Shown: one piece after another, positions 8,690 to 19,158 of the stretch
How the letters are laid out: the number at the start of each line of letters is the position of its first letter
Position numbering within the stretch: the first letter of the stretch is position 1
NCBI GenBank assembly: GCA_963816145.1
Contig: CAWFJP010000012.1
Location: 90,979-154,978, forward strand
From: an uncultured delta proteobacterium
Lineage (GTDB): Bacteria; Desulfobacterota; Binatia; UBA9968
DNA: 64,000 nucleotides
Direction of reading: 5' to 3'
The notes under the pieces: generated by a model
What the model saw: only the letters and a program-made list of their open reading frames with translations
Told to the model about the DNA's origin: nothing
Database searches by the model: none
Position numbers and translations under genes: made by a program

Positions 8690-10942
8690 ATGAAACCAAG
8701 TAAAGCGATTCTCCTCGTGATGGCTCTGGCCGCAGTCGTTGTCGGTGTTCTCTTTCTGCCGGTGCGTGCCTGGTTCGCGCATTTCGAGAGTTTCGTGCGC
8801 TCACTCGGCGCCATCGGACCTGTTGTTGTCGTGCTGGTTTACATTGTTTGCACTGTACTGTTCGTGCCGGGGAGCGCGATTACGATTGGTTCAGGAACGC
8901 TGTTCGGCTTGTCGACCGGCTTTGTCGTCGTGGTTCTTGGCGCTAATTTGGGTGCACTCTGTTCGTTTCTGTTGGCGCGTGGCTTGCTGCGTAACAAAGT
9001 CACGCGCTGGGCGGCGGGCAATGCTAAGTTTCGTTCCCTCGACCAAGCCATCGGCAAGCAAGGCTTCAAAATGGTTTTGCTCACCCGATTGAGTCCGGTG
9101 TTTCCCTTCGTATTGCTGAATTATCTGCTCGGAATGACAGCCGTGCGCACACCGTCGTACATCATGGCGAATCTGCTCGGCATGCTGCCAGCGACGTTTC
9201 TGTTCGTTTATATCGGCGCCGCGGCGCGCGATGCGCTCGGCGCGCAAGTCGATGCATCGGCCGGCTTTTATCAGCAGATTCTTAAGTACGTCGGTTTGCT
9301 CGCCACGGTTGGTGTGGTTGTTGTGGTGACCCGCGTTGCGCGCAAGGCCTTGCGCGAGGCGGAACAGTCACAGGAGGGAAACATCGCGGCCGGTAAACCG
9401 CTGCTCGATCCAAATCATCGGCCAGTTGCCTATCGTGAAATGTTGCTTGCCGACGATGTTCATGATCGGCAGCTGATCGAAAATTGTCATCCACCGCGCT
9501 GGAGCAATCCGACACCGGCGGGAAAGTACAATCTGGTCGTCATCGGCGGCGGCACCGCGGGGTTGGTGAGCGCTGCGGGCGCGGCTGGGCTCGGCGCGAA
9601 AGTGGCACTCATCGAGCGCAATCTTTTGGGCGGCGATTGTCTCAATGTCGGCTGCGTGCCGTCCAAGGGCGTGATCCGTGCGGCGCGCGCCGCTCATGAT
9701 GCGCGCAGCGGTACGGAGTTCGGCATCCAACAGACGGCAGATCCGCAGATCGGCTTTGCCACGGCGATGGAGCGCATGCGCCGATTGCGCGCGGGCATCA
9801 GCGAACATGATTCGGCGGAGCGGTTTCGCAAGCTTGGCGTCGATGTCTTTATCGGCCATGGCCGATTTGTCGATCCTAAGACGATTGACGTCGACGGTAA
9901 TCGCTTGCAGTTCGGCCGGGCTGTGATCGCCACCGGGGCGCGCGCCGCGGTGCCGCCGATTAGCGGACTTGGTGGCGTTGGCTACTACACCAACGAAACG
10001 ATTTTTACGCTCACCGAGTCGCCGCGGCGGCTGGCGGTCATCGGCGCCGGTCCCATCGGTTGCGAATTGGCGCAAAGTTTTCAACGCTTTGGCAGCCAAG
10101 TGACGTTGCTCACTGATGGTGCGGTAATCCTGCCGCGGGAGGATCGCGACGCGGCGGCGATCGTCCGCGCGCAGATCGAAAAAGACGGTGTGACGATCTT
10201 GACCGGCGCGCAGATTCAAAGCGCGTCGCGACGTGACGGCGCGAAGTGTTTATTATTGAACATCGGCGACAGGCCGATGGAATTAGCCTGCGACGCGATT
10301 CTGGTAGCGGTCGGGCGCGTGCCCAACCTCGAAGGATTGGGTCTCGATACCGCGGCAGTGCGCTATGGCATGCGCGGTGTCGACGTCGATGCGCGTATGC
10401 GCACGTCCAATCCGCGGGTATATGCCGCCGGCGATGTTTGCTCGCGTTACCAGTTTACCCATGCGGCCGACGCGATGGCGCGCATCGTCATTGCCAATGC
10501 GCTATTCCTGTCGCGCCGCAAGGCGACCGATCTAGTCATGCCCTGGTGCACGTACACCGACCCGGAGATCGCTCACGTGGGCTATTACGAAAAGGCTGCG
10601 CAGGCTGCCGGTTACGATGTGGCGACGCTCACGCAGCCGTTGAGCGAGGTCGACCGGGCGATTCTTGACGGCGAGGCGAATGGTTTCGCCCGGGTTCACT
10701 ACGATAAGAAATCAGGTAGAGTTCTTGGCGGCACCATCGTCGCGCGCCACGCCGGCGAGATGTTGGGCGAATTGACGCTGGCGATCACGGCGAAGCAGAC
10801 GATGGGAGTGTTGTCGTCGACGATTCATTCCTACCCGACCCAGGCCGAAGCGCTGCGCAAGATCGGCGATGCGTACATGCGCACCAAGCTGACGCCGACG
10901 GTTAAAAAGGTTTTTGCCAAATGGTTGGAATGGCGACGATGA
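8690..10942 (+). CDS. TVP38/VTT (DedA-like) membrane domain fused to a MerA-like pyridine nucleotide-disulfide oxidoreductase
   Basis: N-terminal hydrophobic domain with RLSPVFPF..LNY; then GGGTAG, GGDCLNVGCVPSK, GAGPIGCE and HSYPT; no C-terminal CC pair. Confidence 0.88.
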   Translation: MKPSKAILLVMALAAVVVGVLFLPVRAWFAHFESFVRSLGAIGPVVVVLVYIVCTVLFVPGSAITIGSGTLFGLSTGFVVVVLGANLGALCSFLLARGLLRNKVTRWAAGNAKFRSLDQAIGKQGFKMVLLTRLSPVFPFVLLNYLLGMTAVRTPSYIMANLLGMLPATFLFVYIGAAARDALGAQVDASAGFYQQILKYVGLLATVGVVVVVTRVARKALREAEQSQEGNIAAGKPLLDPNHRPVAYREMLLADDVHDRQLIENCHPPRWSNPTPAGKYNLVVIGGGTAGLVSAAGAAGLGAKVALIERNLLGGDCLNVGCVPSKGVIRAARAAHDARSGTEFGIQQTADPQIGFATAMERMRRLRAGISEHDSAERFRKLGVDVFIGHGRFVDPKTIDVDGNRLQFGRAVIATGARAAVPPISGLGGVGYYTNETIFTLTESPRRLAVIGAGPIGCELAQSFQRFGSQVTLLTDGAVILPREDRDAAAIVRAQIEKDGVTILTGAQIQSASRRDGAKCLLLNIGDRPMELACDAILVAVGRVPNLEGLGLDTAAVRYGMRGVDVDARMRTSNPRVYAAGDVCSRYQFTHAADAMARIVIANALFLSRRKATDLVMPWCTYTDPEIAHVGYYEKAAQAAGYDVATLTQPLSEVDRAILDGEANGFARVHYDKKSGRVLGGTIVARHAGEMLGELTLAITAKQTMGVLSSTIHSYPTQAEALRKIGDAYMRTKLTPTVKKVFAKWLEWRR

Positions 10943-10965
10943 GCATCGAGGGTAAGGAGTAAGGC

Positions 10966-11814
10966 GTGAGGCGTAAGGCGATTCGGATCGGTCTGACGAC
11001 ATTATTAATTTTCTTCGGCATGATTGAATATTCAATTGCCCAGACGGCACCCAAGGCGCAGTTGTGGGCGCGCTGGCAGAAGCATGATCCGGCGAACGCA
11101 CAGAGGATCGATCACGGTGCGTGGGATCGCTTGCTCAAGCAGTATGTGGTCCATCATCCGTCGGGCATCAACCGGGTACGCTATCAAGATATCCGTGTCG
11201 AAGATCAAAAGCTTTTGAAAAATTATCTCCAGACCCTGCAAGGGATGCCGATCTCGACCTATAATCGCAAAGAACAGCAAGCGTATTGGATCAATCTTTA
11301 CAACGCGTTCACGATCGACCTGATTTTGTCGCGCTTCCCGGTGGCGTCGATTCGCGACATCAACATCTCTCCCGGCTTACTGGCGCGCGGACCTTGGGGT
11401 GCCAAGCTGATCAGCGTGGAAGGCGAAAAGCTATCGCTGGACGATATCGAGCATCGGATCTTGCGGCCGATTTGGCAAGAAGAACGAATTCACTACGCGG
11501 TTAACTGCGCCAGTTTAGGCTGCCCTAACCTGCAGCCGGTGGCGTACACGGGCGATAACACCGAAGCGCTGCTCGACAAAGGCGCCAAGGAGTTTGTCAA
11601 TCATGCGCGGGGCGTGACGCTCACCGGCGACAAGCTCAAAGTATCGAGCATCTATGTGTGGTTCCAGGAGGATTTTGGCGGCGGCCCGGAAGGGCTGATG
11701 GAGCACTGGCGCAGTTTCGCAAATCCCGCGCTGGCGGGAGCGCTGGAAAAATACCAAGGCGGTTTGAGTCACGACTACGATTGGCGCTTGAACGGCGTCG
11801 ACCTAAAACCGTAG
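10966..11814 (+). CDS. DUF547 domain exported protein
   Basis: AYWINLYNA, LSLDDIEHRILR, RIHYAVNCASLGCP, YDWRLN; N-terminal signal. Confidence 0.9.
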   Translation: MRRKAIRIGLTTLLIFFGMIEYSIAQTAPKAQLWARWQKHDPANAQRIDHGAWDRLLKQYVVHHPSGINRVRYQDIRVEDQKLLKNYLQTLQGMPISTYNRKEQQAYWINLYNAFTIDLILSRFPVASIRDINISPGLLARGPWGAKLISVEGEKLSLDDIEHRILRPIWQEERIHYAVNCASLGCPNLQPVAYTGDNTEALLDKGAKEFVNHARGVTLTGDKLKVSSIYVWFQEDFGGGPEGLMEHWRSFANPALAGALEKYQGGLSHDYDWRLNGVDLKP

Positions 11815-11915
11815 GATATATTTACCGAAGTGAGCCGATGATCTCGCGGTCTTGCAATTGAATTTACCCCCTTTGCCAAAGGGGGATTTTGTCGAATCGC
11901 TGATTTCAGTAATTA

Positions 11916-12596
11916 ATGATGAACATTTCAGTCATCGTGCCGGTGCTCAACGAAGACAAGTCCATCGCCGCCACGTTGCAAGCGCTGGCGCCGTTGCAGC
12001 CCTACGAAACCATCGTCGTCGACGGCGGTAGTCATGATAGAACCAGCGAGATCGCCGCCGAGTTCGGTGTTAAGATAATTTCCGCGGAGCGCGGCCGGGC
12101 GCGCCAGATGAATCGCGGCGCGCAGGAGGCGAGCGGCGAAGTGTTTTTGTTTCTCCACGCCGACACGCGCTTGCCAACAACGGCATTTGCCGATATTGCG
12201 GGCGCGCTTGGCGATCCGCGCTATGTCGGCGGCCGCTTCGACGTCGCGCTCGATGGCAGCCACTGGATTTTGCCGCTGGTGGCGCGGCTGATCAGCTATC
12301 GCTCGCGCGTCTCCAAAGTCGGCACCGGCGATCAGGCGCTCTTCGTACGCTGCGAAGTGTTTCAGCGCATGGGCGGGTTCCCTGACATTCCGCTCATGGA
12401 AGACATCGCTCTCTGCCGCAGTCTCAAGCGTCTGGGCGAAGTTGCCTGCTTGCGCAGCCGGGTGGTGACCTCGGCGCGCCGTTGGGAATCGGACGGCGTG
12501 TGGCGGACGATTTTCCGCATGTGGACGTTGAAGCTGCTTTATCTGAGTGGCGTATCGCCGACGCGTTTGAAACAGTTCTATGCCGACACCCGCTAA
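11916..12596 (+). CDS. TIGR04283-family GT2 glycosyltransferase (arsenosugar-associated)
   Basis: ISVIVPVLNE, VDGGS.D, GRARQMNRGA, FLHAD, GDQALF, PLMED, TSARRW. Confidence 0.9.
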   Translation: MMNISVIVPVLNEDKSIAATLQALAPLQPYETIVVDGGSHDRTSEIAAEFGVKIISAERGRARQMNRGAQEASGEVFLFLHADTRLPTTAFADIAGALGDPRYVGGRFDVALDGSHWILPLVARLISYRSRVSKVGTGDQALFVRCEVFQRMGGFPDIPLMEDIALCRSLKRLGEVACLRSRVVTSARRWESDGVWRTIFRMWTLKLLYLSGVSPTRLKQFYADTR

Positions 12597-13275
12597 CGCT
12601 CTCGCCATTATGGCCAAGGCGCCGCTGGCGGGCGCCGTGAAGACCCGGCTGGTGCCGCCGCTGACGCCGGCCCAGGCCGCGGAGTTCTATCGCGCGCTGC
12701 TGCTCGACCAGTTCGACCATTTGCGACATTACGCCGGCGCCGAGCGCTATGTGTTTTTTGCACCGGCGGATGCCGAAAATACTTTGCGCGATCTCGGCGG
12801 CGCCGAGTACGCCTATCTGGCGCAATCCGGTGGCGATCTCGGCGCCCGCATGCAACAAATATTCACTGCGCTTTGGCATTTGGGCCATCGCAACATTATT
12901 CTCATTGGCAGCGATCTGCCCGCAGTGCCTTGGGCGATTCTCGACGAGGGCTTCGCCCAATTGGCCCAGACGGAATCGCGGCTGGTCTTGGGGCCGAGCC
13001 GGGACGGCGGTTATTATCTTGTCGGCATGAATCGACCGACGCCGGAGATATTTGCCGACATGACCTGGAGCCATGAGCGGGTTTTGGCGGAGACGACGGC
13101 GCGGCTCGACGCGCTTGATCTGACCTACAACATTCTGCCGACTTGGTTTGACCTCGATGTGGCCGAAGATTTTCAACGATTGTGGACATTGCCGAAAACA
13201 AAGTCACGTGGGGTGCTGAGCCGAACGCTGCTTTTCTTGCAACAGTCCGGCCTTTGGCCGCCGTCAAAAGTCTGA
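12580..13275 (+). CDS. TIGR04282/DUF2064-family transferase (arsenosugar-associated)
   Basis: AKAP..G.VKTRL, GDLGARM, IGSDLP, GPSRDGGYYLVG, DLD..ED. Confidence 0.9.
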   Translation: MPTPANALAIMAKAPLAGAVKTRLVPPLTPAQAAEFYRALLLDQFDHLRHYAGAERYVFFAPADAENTLRDLGGAEYAYLAQSGGDLGARMQQIFTALWHLGHRNIILIGSDLPAVPWAILDEGFAQLAQTESRLVLGPSRDGGYYLVGMNRPTPEIFADMTWSHERVLAETTARLDALDLTYNILPTWFDLDVAEDFQRLWTLPKTKSRGVLSRTLLFLQQSGLWPPSKV

Positions 13276-13407
13276 CAGTCGCCGAATACATTTGCTTTAA
13301 GATCTGCCGATTAGTTCGAGTATGTTGCTGACCTCGGCGGGCGAAAGTGATAAGAGTACGCATGAATCAACCCTACCGGCAGGTTCCGGTTAGAACAGGC
13401 AGACCTT

Positions 13408-15463
13408 ATGAACCAGTCGATCGATCAATTGTCCATAAATACCATTCGCACGTTGTCCATGGACGCGGTGCAGCAGGCCAACTCCGGCCACCCCGGCACG
13501 CCGATGTCGATGGCGCCGGTGATGTACGGTCTGTGGCAGCGCCATCTGCGCTATGATCCCGCCGATCCGCTGTGGCCTAATCGCGACCGTTTCGTGCTGT
13601 CCATCGGCCATGCGTCGATGCTGCTCTATTCGACTTTGTATTTAGTCGGCGTGCGCGCAATCGATGGAAAGCAGCAGGTGCTCGATCAGCCGACGCTGAC
13701 CCTCGACGATTTGCAGAAAATTTCGCCAGCTCGACAGCAAGACCCCCGGCCATCCCGAGTTCGGCCTCACCGCCGGTGTCGAGACCACCACCGGTCCGCT
13801 CGGCCAAGGCGTGGCCAACAGCGTCGGTATGGCGATCGCGTCGAAATGGCTCGGCAGCTATTTCAACCGGCCCGGCTTCGAGCTGTTCGATTTCGCTGTT
13901 TACGCGCTGTGCGGCGACGGCGACATGATGGAAGGGATCAGCAGTGAAGCGGCGTCGCTTGCCGGCCACTTGAAACTCGGCAATCTTTGCTGGATTTACG
14001 ACAGCAATCGCATCTCCATCGAAGGCAGCACCAGCTTGGCGCTGTCGGAAGATGTCGGCAAACGTTTCGAGGCTTATGGCTGGAACGTTTTGCATGTCGC
14101 CGACGCCAACGACCAGGCAGCCCTCGATCGGGCGCTGGAACAATTTCGTAAAAGCAACGACCGGCCGACGTTCATCGTGATCGAAAGCCATATCGCCTTC
14201 GGCGCGCCCAACAAGCAGGACACCGCGGCGGCGCATGGCGAGCCCTTGGGCGATGCCGAGATTAAACTGACCAAGAAAAACTACGGTTGGCCGGAGGACG
14301 AAAAATTCTTCGTTCCCGAAGGGGTTCAAGAAAACTTTGCCCGAGTGCTCGGCAAGCGCGGCCGCGAGCTGCGCGATCGTTGGGCGGCGCAGTTCGCTCA
14401 ATACAAAGACAAAGTATCCCGAACTCGCCGAGCAACTGACGGATCATGCAGCGGCGCGAGCTGCCGGCGGGTTGGAACAAAGACATTCCTAGTTTTCCTG
14501 CCGATTCGAAAGGCCTGGCGACGCGCGATTCTTCCGGGAAAATATTAAATGCCATCGGCAAAAACGTTCCGTGGCTGATGGGTGGTTCGGCGGATCTGGC
14601 GCCATCGACCAAGACGCGACTGACTTTTGACGGCGCGGCAGACTTTGAAGCCGGCAACTACGCTGCGCGCAATTTTCACTTCGGCGTGCGCGAGCACGCC
14701 ATGGGTGCCATCGTCAACGGCATGGTGCTCTGCGGTTTGCGCGCGTTCGGCGCCGGTTTCTTGATTTTTAGCGACTACGCCCGGCCGGCGCTACGCTTGG
14801 CGGCGCTGATGGAAATTCCCCAGCTGCATGTCTTTACGCATGATTCCATCGGCGTTGGCGAAGACGGACCGACGCACCAGCCGGTGGAGCAGTTAGCGTC
14901 GCTGCGCGCCATGCCCGGAATGCTGGTTATCCGACCGGCAGACGCCAATGAAGTTGTCGAAGCTTGGCGTGTGATTATGGAGATCGAAGCATGAGCCGGT
15001 GGCACTGGCGCTGACGCGCCAAGCGTTGCCGACCTTGGATCGGACGAAATATGGCGCCGCCGCCGGATTGGCTAAGGGCGCGTACATTCTGGCCGACGCC
15101 GACGGTGGCAAGCCGCAGGTGATCTTGATCGGCACCGGCAGCGAAGTGTCGCTCTGCATTGACGCCTACGAGCAGCTCAAGAAAGACGGCGTCCGAGCGC
15201 GCGTCGTCAGCATGCCGTCGTGGGAACTGTTCGAGCGGCAGACCAAGGAATATCGCGAGCAGGTGCTGCCTTCATCGATAAAAGCGCGCGTCGCAGTGGA
15301 GCAAGGTGTGACTTTTGGTTGGGCGCAATACGTCGGCATGACCGGCGCGGTGATCGGCATGAAGAGCTTCGGCGCCTCGGCGCCGTTTCAACAATTACAG
15401 AAGAAGTTCGGTTTCACGGTGGAAAATGTCGTGGCGGCGGCCAAGGCGCAGCTCGCGAGTTAA
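13408..15463 (+). CDS. tkt: Transketolase, split by apparent indels near 13720, 14420-14445 and 14985
   Basis: [22 protein letters not shown] and [16 protein letters not shown] occur across consecutive frames. Confidence 0.9.
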
Positions 15464-15465
15464 CC

Positions 15466-15924
15466 ATGCGCATCGTCATCGGCGCCGATCACGCGGGCTT
15501 CGATCTGAAGCAGATTATTGCCGCTTATCTACGTTATCATGGTCACGAGGTGATCGACCAGGGGACTGATAGCGACGAGCCGGTGGACTATCCCGACTTC
15601 GCCGAAGCCGTGGCGAAAAGCCTGCTTGCCGGCGAGGCAGAGCGCGGCCTGCTCATTTGCGGCAGCGGCGTTGGCGCCTCGGTCGCGGCGAACAAGTTGC
15701 CCGGCATTCGCGCCGGTTTGTGCCATGACACCTACTCGGCGCGCCAGGGTGTCGAGCATGACGACATGAATATTCTCGTGCTCGGGGCGAGAATTATCGG
15801 CGTCGAGTTGGCACGTGAGCTGGTGGATAGTTTTTTAGCGGCGAAATTCAACGGCGCAGAACGGCACCGCAGACGCGTGGATAAAATCCGCGCCTTGGAG
15901 CAGCGTTACGGTAAATCCACCTAA
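15466..15924 (+). CDS. rpiB: Ribose-5-phosphate isomerase B
   Basis: [33 protein letters not shown]. Confidence 0.95.
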   Translation: MRIVIGADHAGFDLKQIIAAYLRYHGHEVIDQGTDSDEPVDYPDFAEAVAKSLLAGEAERGLLICGSGVGASVAANKLPGIRAGLCHDTYSARQGVEHDDMNILVLGARIIGVELARELVDSFLAAKFNGAERHRRRVDKIRALEQRYGKST

Positions 15925-15936
15925 GGGGGTACGGCC

Positions 15937-17061
15937 ATGAACCCATTGAAAGAGCTCGCTGGACAAGGACAATCGATCTGGCTCGATTACATCCGACGCA
16001 ACTTGATTCGCAGCGGCGAGTTAAAGCGCATGGTCGAAGAAGACGGTATCCGCGGCGTCACCAGCAATCCGACCATTTTCGAAAAAGCGATCGCCGGCAG
16101 CACGGACTATGACGAGGCGTTGGGCGCCATGCTGGCGCGCGATGCCAAGGCGCCGGTCGAGCAGCTCTATGAGCCTTTGGCGATCGAAGACATTCAGATG
16201 GCCGCCGATGTCTTGCGCCCGGTCTACGATGCCAGCCATGGCGACGACGGCTATGTGAGCCTGGAGGTGTCGCCTCATTTGGCCCATGACACTCAAAGGT
16301 CAATCAGTGAAGCCAAGCGGCTGCGCGCGGTGGTGGATCGCCCCAACTTGATGGTCAAAGTGCCGGCGACGCCGGCGGGGATTCCAGCGATCGAGCAGTT
16401 GATCGCGGATGGGCTGAACATCAACGTGACGTTGATGTTTTCCATGGCCGATTACGAGGCGGTGGCGCGCGCATATTTAACCGGATTAGAGCGGTGCGCC
16501 GAGCCGTCCAAGGTCGCCTCGGTGGCGTCGTTCTTCGTCAGCCGGGTCGACACCATGGTCGATAAAGAATTAGAAAAAAACGGCACCCCGGAAGCGAGCG
16601 CGCTACTCGGCAAGATCGCCATCGCCAATTCCAAGGTCGTCTACCGCCGCTTCATGGAGATCTTTCGCGGCGAAGGCTTTGCGTCGCTGCGGCAGCGTGG
16701 CGCGCGCGTGCAGCGGCCGCTATGGGCGAGCACCGGCACCAAGAATCCGGCCTACTCCGATGTGCTCTACGTCGAGAATCTGATTGGCCCGGAAACCGTC
16801 AATACGTTACCGCCGGATACCATCAATGCCTTCCGCGATCACGGCAAGATTTCCGGCGCGGTGGTGCAGCAGGGGTTCGCTGAAGCCGATGCGGCGCTGG
16901 CGGCGTTGGCCAAGTTGGGCATCGATCTCGGCGCCATCACGGCAAAATTACAGCAAGACGGCGTGGCGGCATTTGCCGCCTCCTTCGATCAGTTGATGGC
17001 GGCATTGGAGAAAAAACGCCAGGCGATGGTGGATGACGGCGATGTGGTGAAAAAGGGGTAA
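15937..17061 (+). CDS. tal: Transaldolase
   Basis: QSIWLD, GVTSNPTIF, VSLEVSP, KVPAT, RPLWASTGTKNP. Confidence 0.95.
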   Translation: MNPLKELAGQGQSIWLDYIRRNLIRSGELKRMVEEDGIRGVTSNPTIFEKAIAGSTDYDEALGAMLARDAKAPVEQLYEPLAIEDIQMAADVLRPVYDASHGDDGYVSLEVSPHLAHDTQRSISEAKRLRAVVDRPNLMVKVPATPAGIPAIEQLIADGLNINVTLMFSMADYEAVARAYLTGLERCAEPSKVASVASFFVSRVDTMVDKELEKNGTPEASALLGKIAIANSKVVYRRFMEIFRGEGFASLRQRGARVQRPLWASTGTKNPAYSDVLYVENLIGPETVNTLPPDTINAFRDHGKISGAVVQQGFAEADAALAALAKLGIDLGAITAKLQQDGVAAFAASFDQLMAALEKKRQAMVDDGDVVKKG

Positions 17062-17067
17062 ACAGCG

Positions 17068-18612
17068 ATGGCGATCGACGGCCAAGATTATTTGCACCAA
17101 AGCTTGGGACAAGCGAAGAAGCCGCACGGCTGTATCGTGACGATTTTTGGCGCGTCCGGCGATCTCACCAAACGCAAGCTCATCCCGGCGCTGTATAATT
17201 TAGCTCTGGAGAAGAAGCTGCCGGAGCGCTTCGCCGTGGTCGGTTACGCGCGCAGCGAAATGACCCATGAGGCCTTTCGCGACAAAATGCGCGAAGCGGT
17301 GCAAGAGTTCTCCCGTACCGGACTCAAAGACCAAGCGGTCTGGGAGCTGTTTGCCTCGACACTTTATTACGTGCGCGGTGGCTACGACGAGGCCGACGGT
17401 TATAAAAGCCTGAAAGAATTCATCGATGGCTTCGATCGCAGCAGCCGGGTGCTGCCCGGCCGGGTCTTCTATCTAGCGACGCCGCCGGATCTGTACGGAC
17501 CCGTCATTGAGCGCATTGCCGCCAATGGATTGACGCCCAAGGAAGCCGACGGCGAGGCGCGCACTCGCGTGATCATCGAAAAGCCCTTCGGCACCGACCT
17601 GCAAACGGCGCGGGAGCTCAACCGCCGCGTGCATGAAGTGCTCGATGAAAATCAGGTGTATCGCATCGACCATTATCTCGGCAAAGAGACCGTGCAAAAT
17701 ATCATGGTCTTACGATTTGCCAACGCGGTGTTCGAGCCGATCTGGAATCGCCGTTATGTCGATCACGTGCAGATTACCGCCGCCGAGAGCGTCGGCGTGG
17801 AAAACCGCGGCGGTTACTACGAAGAAGCGGGCGTCGTGCGCGACATGTTTCAGAATCACCTGATGCAGCTTCTCTGTCTCACCGCCATGGAACCGCCGGT
17901 GGGATTTAACCCCGACGCAGTGCGCGACGAGAAGGGTAAACTGCTCAAGTCGGTACGCGCGATCGCGCCGGAGGAGGTGGCCTCGGCGGCGGTGCGCGGG
18001 CAATATGGTCCGGGGCAGTCAGGCGACCAGAAGGCGCCCGGTTACCGGCAAGAGAGCGGGGTGCAAAAGACTTCGCCGACGGTAACTTACGCCGCGCTAA
18101 AGTTTTACGTCGACAACTGGCGTTGGGAAGGCGTGCCGTTCTACCTGCGTTCCGGCAAGCGCATGGCGAAACGGGTCACCGAAGTGGCTATACAATTCAA
18201 GCGGCCGCCGTTGTTGCTGTTCAAGTCCCATTCGCCGGACAATGTCGAGCCCAATGTGTTGGTCATACGCATTCAGCCGGATGAGGGTGTGTCCTTGACG
18301 TTTGAAGTGAAGCCGCCGGGATCGACCATGGTCGTCAGTCCGCTCAGTTTGGACTTCAATTACGAGGAAGCTTTTGGCAGTGGTTCGCCGGAGGCGTACG
18401 AAACGCTGCTGGAAGACTGCATCGAGGGCGATTCGACGCTGTTCACGCGCCATGACTGGGTCGAGGCTGCCTGGGCGTTGACCGACCCGATCATTCAAGT
18501 GTGGAACCTGAGCAAGCCGAAAAGTTTCCCCAATTACGCTGCGGGCACCTGGGGACCGGCCGAGGCCGATGATTTCATGCAGCGCGACGGCCGGCGCTGG
18601 CGCCGGCCGTGA
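17068..18612 (+). CDS. zwf: Glucose-6-phosphate 1-dehydrogenase
   Basis: GASGDLTKRKL, EKPFG, RIDHYLGKE, RWEGVPFYLRSGK. Confidence 0.97.
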   Translation: MAIDGQDYLHQSLGQAKKPHGCIVTIFGASGDLTKRKLIPALYNLALEKKLPERFAVVGYARSEMTHEAFRDKMREAVQEFSRTGLKDQAVWELFASTLYYVRGGYDEADGYKSLKEFIDGFDRSSRVLPGRVFYLATPPDLYGPVIERIAANGLTPKEADGEARTRVIIEKPFGTDLQTARELNRRVHEVLDENQVYRIDHYLGKETVQNIMVLRFANAVFEPIWNRRYVDHVQITAAESVGVENRGGYYEEAGVVRDMFQNHLMQLLCLTAMEPPVGFNPDAVRDEKGKLLKSVRAIAPEEVASAAVRGQYGPGQSGDQKAPGYRQESGVQKTSPTVTYAALKFYVDNWRWEGVPFYLRSGKRMAKRVTEVAIQFKRPPLLLFKSHSPDNVEPNVLVIRIQPDEGVSLTFEVKPPGSTMVVSPLSLDFNYEEAFGSGSPEAYETLLEDCIEGDSTLFTRHDWVEAAWALTDPIIQVWNLSKPKSFPNYAAGTWGPAEADDFMQRDGRRWRRP

Positions 18613-18629
18613 GTGAGTAAGACGGAATA

Positions 18630-19150
18630 TCTCCCGCAAAGACGTCAAGCCCGCAAAGGTCGGAGAATTAGGATAAAAATAATTTGTCAGAACTTTTATC
18701 GTTGTCCTCCGAACTTTGCGTCTTAGCGAGAAAAATTTCCGAATCCGAGTTTTTTCAAATTCCATATCAATTGCGCACACACCACAAATTTTGAACGATG
18801 GTAATACAAAGGGGACAAAACGAGATCGGAGAAATTAGCCGCAAAGAATACAAAGATCGCAAGAATGGGATCAGGGAATGTTCCGGGCGCGGCGTGCTGC
18901 GACCACAAGAAAGCTTCGTGACCTTCGTGCCTCCGTTGAAAATACATGTGCAGGTATTATCCGGGCGACGAATTGGCACGAAGGTTCCGTCATACCGGCG
19001 AAAGCCGGTATCCAGGCTTTACTCGGCCTCGCAGAATGAGCGAAGATGGATGCCGGCCTTCGCCGGCATGACGAATCGGGGGGGCGTGCAGGGGGGCTGC
19101 AATTTCATACTCTGTAGACGAGCGAAAGCTCATGGACACTTCGTGGTGAG
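18630..19150. repeat. Cluster of intergenic repeat units, including a GTCAT.CCGGC...GCCGG.ATGAC palindrome at 18988-19073
   Basis: cgtcataccggcgaaagccggtatccagg ... tggatgccggccttcgccggcatgacg, plus 9-nt periodic cgcaaag/ctttgcg arms. Confidence 0.65.
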
Positions 19151-19158
19151 AAAAAACT

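Noticed and set aside
9480-10942. Mercury resistance (merA)
   Set aside because: No C-terminal Cys-Cys, no NmerA domain, and no merR/T/P nearby.
13408-15463. Transketolase as a pseudogene or programmed frameshift
   Set aside because: All motifs are intact and breaks are isolated small indels with no other decay. The same pattern occurs in the arsM-like gene, the aldo/keto reductase, the cyclase and one SBP, so long-read consensus error is more likely; read pileups would settle it.
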